In this document: piece by piece, positions 16,164-18,199 of the stretch
Position numbering within the stretch: position 1 is the stretch's first letter
Layout of the letters: every line of letters begins with the position of its first letter
Source of the DNA: Promethearchaeota archaeon
Lineage (GTDB): Archaea; Asgardarchaeota; Lokiarchaeia; Sigyniarchaeales; SOKP01
Reading direction: 5' to 3'
Assembly: GCA_008080735.1 (NCBI GenBank)
Contig: SHMW01000087.1
Location: 1 to 18,199 of the forward strand
Length of the DNA: 18,199 nt
Made by a program: the position numbers and the translations under genes
The notes under the pieces: model-generated
The model's input: the letters and a program-made list of their open reading frames with translations, nothing else
What the model was told of the DNA's origin: nothing
Databases searched by the model: none

Positions 16164-16922
16164 TCATTTAATTTCAAAAACAGGGGGTATTCTTCTTTTA
16201 TGTTGCGAAGATTGGATCATTTTTCTAACTTGATTGATCTTGTCCTGATCCAAATCGTCCATGGGAAGGCCATAATCCATCCGATAGACTATTTCATCCA
16301 AATCGAAATATGATATTCCAATTTCATCTTCATCGGTTTGTCCCTCCCAGAGTCCCGCAGAGGGTGGTTTATTGATTATCTTATGTGACAATTCCAATTC
16401 TCTTGCTAATTCCCGCACCTCACATTTGTATAGGTCTCCTATTGGTTCAAAATCAACTCCTCCATCGCCATGTTTGGTAAAATATCCTATCAAGATCTCA
16501 GTCCTGTTTCCCGTGCCTGCTACAAGGTAGTTATTCATTGATTGACCAATAAAATATAGTGCTGTCATTCGTAATCTAGGTTTAATATTTCCTAGTGATA
16601 ATTTATTAGGTTTAATTTTAGATGAAAATTCTTTTGTAAATAAATCAAATGTAGATGTTAAATTGATTTTTAGAAATTTAAGTCCCAAATCTTCTGCTAA
16701 TGCCTCAGCATCTTCTATATCTTCTTGAAGAGAATTGCAAGGCAAACTAACACCGATAACTTTATTTTTTCCCAATGCATTCACGCATAACGCTGCTGTA
16801 ACTGAACTATCGATTCCCCCACTCAACCCAACGATAACTCCCGTCGAATTTGCTGATTCAATATAGCTCGTGATCCAATTTTGGATTTTTACTCTTAGTT
16901 CTTTGATATTAAGAGATCTCAT
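16164..16922 (-). CDS. nadE: NH3-dependent NAD+ synthetase
   Basis: GLSGGIDS, GNIKPRLRM, GYFTKHGDGG and PPSAGLWEGQTDE motifs. No glutaminase domain (252 aa). Confidence 0.96.
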   Translation of the reverse strand: MRSLNIKELRVKIQNWITSYIESANSTGVIVGLSGGIDSSVTAALCVNALGKNKVIGVSLPCNSLQEDIEDAEALAEDLGLKFLKINLTSTFDLFTKEFSSKIKPNKLSLGNIKPRLRMTALYFIGQSMNNYLVAGTGNRTEILIGYFTKHGDGGVDFEPIGDLYKCEVRELARELELSHKIINKPPSAGLWEGQTDEDEIGISYFDLDEIVYRMDYGLPMDDLDQDKINQVRKMIQSSQHKRRIPPVFEIK

Positions 16923-17072
16923 CGCTAATTTTTTAGAAACAATTATCTATTTTTAATTAAATATTTCAAATAAAAGTAATTTAGTTAATTAAGGATTTTG
17001 AAACCTTTTTAAAATTTCAGTTTTATTATACTATATAACTATACATAAAACGCATAAGGAATTGACAAAAAA

Positions 17073-17489
17073 ATGAGTGATGAATTTAAGGCTTTAGTAG
17101 ATGAATCATTTGAAAAAAGTTTACCAACGATTTGGATTTATACTAACGATTATGTCTATGGAATGATGCCTGCGGATGAGGAAGGTAATCGATGGACTGA
17201 AGTCTCTTATACATTTGAAATGGATGATCCGTTGAGAACTAAAGAGAGAGGGGCTGATTTATCGTATCAATTTTTATTCGAAGAATTGGAAAAAGGAGTT
17301 TCCTTTTATGTAAAGGATTTTAATGTAAATAATCTAAAACAATTTGCTAATAGTATTCAGAGTAAATCAGGTTCAGAGAAAGTGAAAGCTCTAATTGACG
17401 AGCTCATTAGTAATCCCCAAAAATATTCTGAGAACTTACCCATCATTAAATCTAAGGATGAAAGTAATATTTTAAAAGAAAAAGTCTAA
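17073..17489 (+). CDS. Hypothetical protein
   Basis: 138-aa ORF with AAGGA upstream, a T-rich tract after the stop, and globular composition. Confidence 0.75.
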   Translation: MSDEFKALVDESFEKSLPTIWIYTNDYVYGMMPADEEGNRWTEVSYTFEMDDPLRTKERGADLSYQFLFEELEKGVSFYVKDFNVNNLKQFANSIQSKSGSEKVKALIDELISNPQKYSENLPIIKSKDESNILKEKV

Positions 17490-17571
17490 CCTATCTCTTT
17501 TTTTAATTACATATTCCCCTATTGAAAAACAGCAGTTGAAAAGAATTTTTGTTTTGATTTTCATCTAAAGC

Positions 17572-18072
17572 TTAGCCATACATTTCGTCTCTTCTGGGAT
17601 AATATTTACGCCATTTTGCATCAATCTTTTTTGCCATTTGATATCCCACATTTGTCTTTCTCTCTTTAATTATTTTTTTCAGATATTCTCCTTCTTTCTG
17701 TGAAAATTTTTCAATACCGCTGGCGACCACATTTTTATTTGTATTGATGGGAACGACCATTCCAAACAAATTGATCATATCCTCTTTTGATAGTTTCCTA
17801 CCGTATGTTTCTTCGTCGATATCTTTGTCTATGTTTCTCACCACAGTTCCCATCGAAAGTGCAGAGAATGGGCTCAATTGTTTCGATTTCAACCAATATG
17901 TGTTGGGTTTTTTATTGATGAAGGTGTCTCTATTACCATTTTTATCTCGTGAACCAGTAATAGTCCACCCTTTCGAGTCTTTATCATACTCCTTCTTCAT
18001 CTGCTTGGCTATATGTGAAATTGGAGCAACCCCGTGGTAATCTTCTTTTTCTTCCTTGTCGTTTTTTCTCAT
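17572..18072 (-). CDS. Hypothetical protein (Lys-rich)
   Basis: 166-aa ORF with ATG start, TAA stop and an AT-rich upstream region. Confidence 0.72.
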   Translation of the reverse strand: MRKNDKEEKEDYHGVAPISHIAKQMKKEYDKDSKGWTITGSRDKNGNRDTFINKKPNTYWLKSKQLSPFSALSMGTVVRNIDKDIDEETYGRKLSKEDMINLFGMVVPINTNKNVVASGIEKFSQKEGEYLKKIIKERKTNVGYQMAKKIDAKWRKYYPRRDEMYG

Positions 18073-18199
18073 ATCTTCTATTATATTTAATAAATAAAAA
18101 TATAAAAACTTAAAGCTAAATGGATATAAACAATCTTGAGCTTTTAGCTAATATTTTAATACCGAATAAGTTATTTCTTCAACCATATTACATTCTAAT

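Noticed and set aside
1952-18040. Short antisense or overlapping ORFs in the track (e.g. 1952..2212, 3723..3947, 4226..4414, 4645..4899, 4767..4958, 5383..5688, 5460..5777, 7541..7783, 10141..10503, 10375..10626, 11741..12103, 14693..15046, 15673..15975, 17744..18040)
   Set aside because: They are shadows of better-supported genes and carry no recognisable motifs.
1-18199. tRNA (including tRNA-Sec), rRNA, CRISPR array or mobile element
   Set aside because: No cloverleaf, spaced direct repeats, transposase/integrase or terminal inverted repeats were seen by eye. Intergenic regions are short and AT-rich. A tRNAscan-SE/Infernal run would be needed to exclude small RNAs.

Overview
AT-rich archaeal window, most likely from an Asgard archaeon (Lokiarchaeia-like). 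This is inferred from a Rab/Arf-like small GTPase, archaeal/eukaryote-type uS13/uS4/uS11, CofC and a eukaryote-type SECIS. The main result is one the ORF track hides: a selenoprotein operon. ORFs 4786..5334 and 5350..6723 are fragments of one 666-aa HdrA gene (4723..6723) with two in-frame TGA codons at conserved Cys positions. An uncalled 139-aa MvhD/VhuD gene (6742..7161) follows, with two more such TGAs. Directly after its stop is a stem-loop with a eukaryote-like SECIS core (AUGA...AAA...UGA), and then a ferredoxin-FrhB-family gene. Together these suggest a Sec-rich, possibly F420-linked electron-bifurcating module, with cofC and serS nearby. The rest of the window holds a P-loop-less small GTPase, a coiled-coil protein, an S13-S4-S11 cluster interrupted by two small membrane genes and lacking rpoD, a tail-anchored beta-lactamase-fold hydrolase, an MFS transporter, a long Pro-rich coiled-coil protein, nadE and hypothetical genes.
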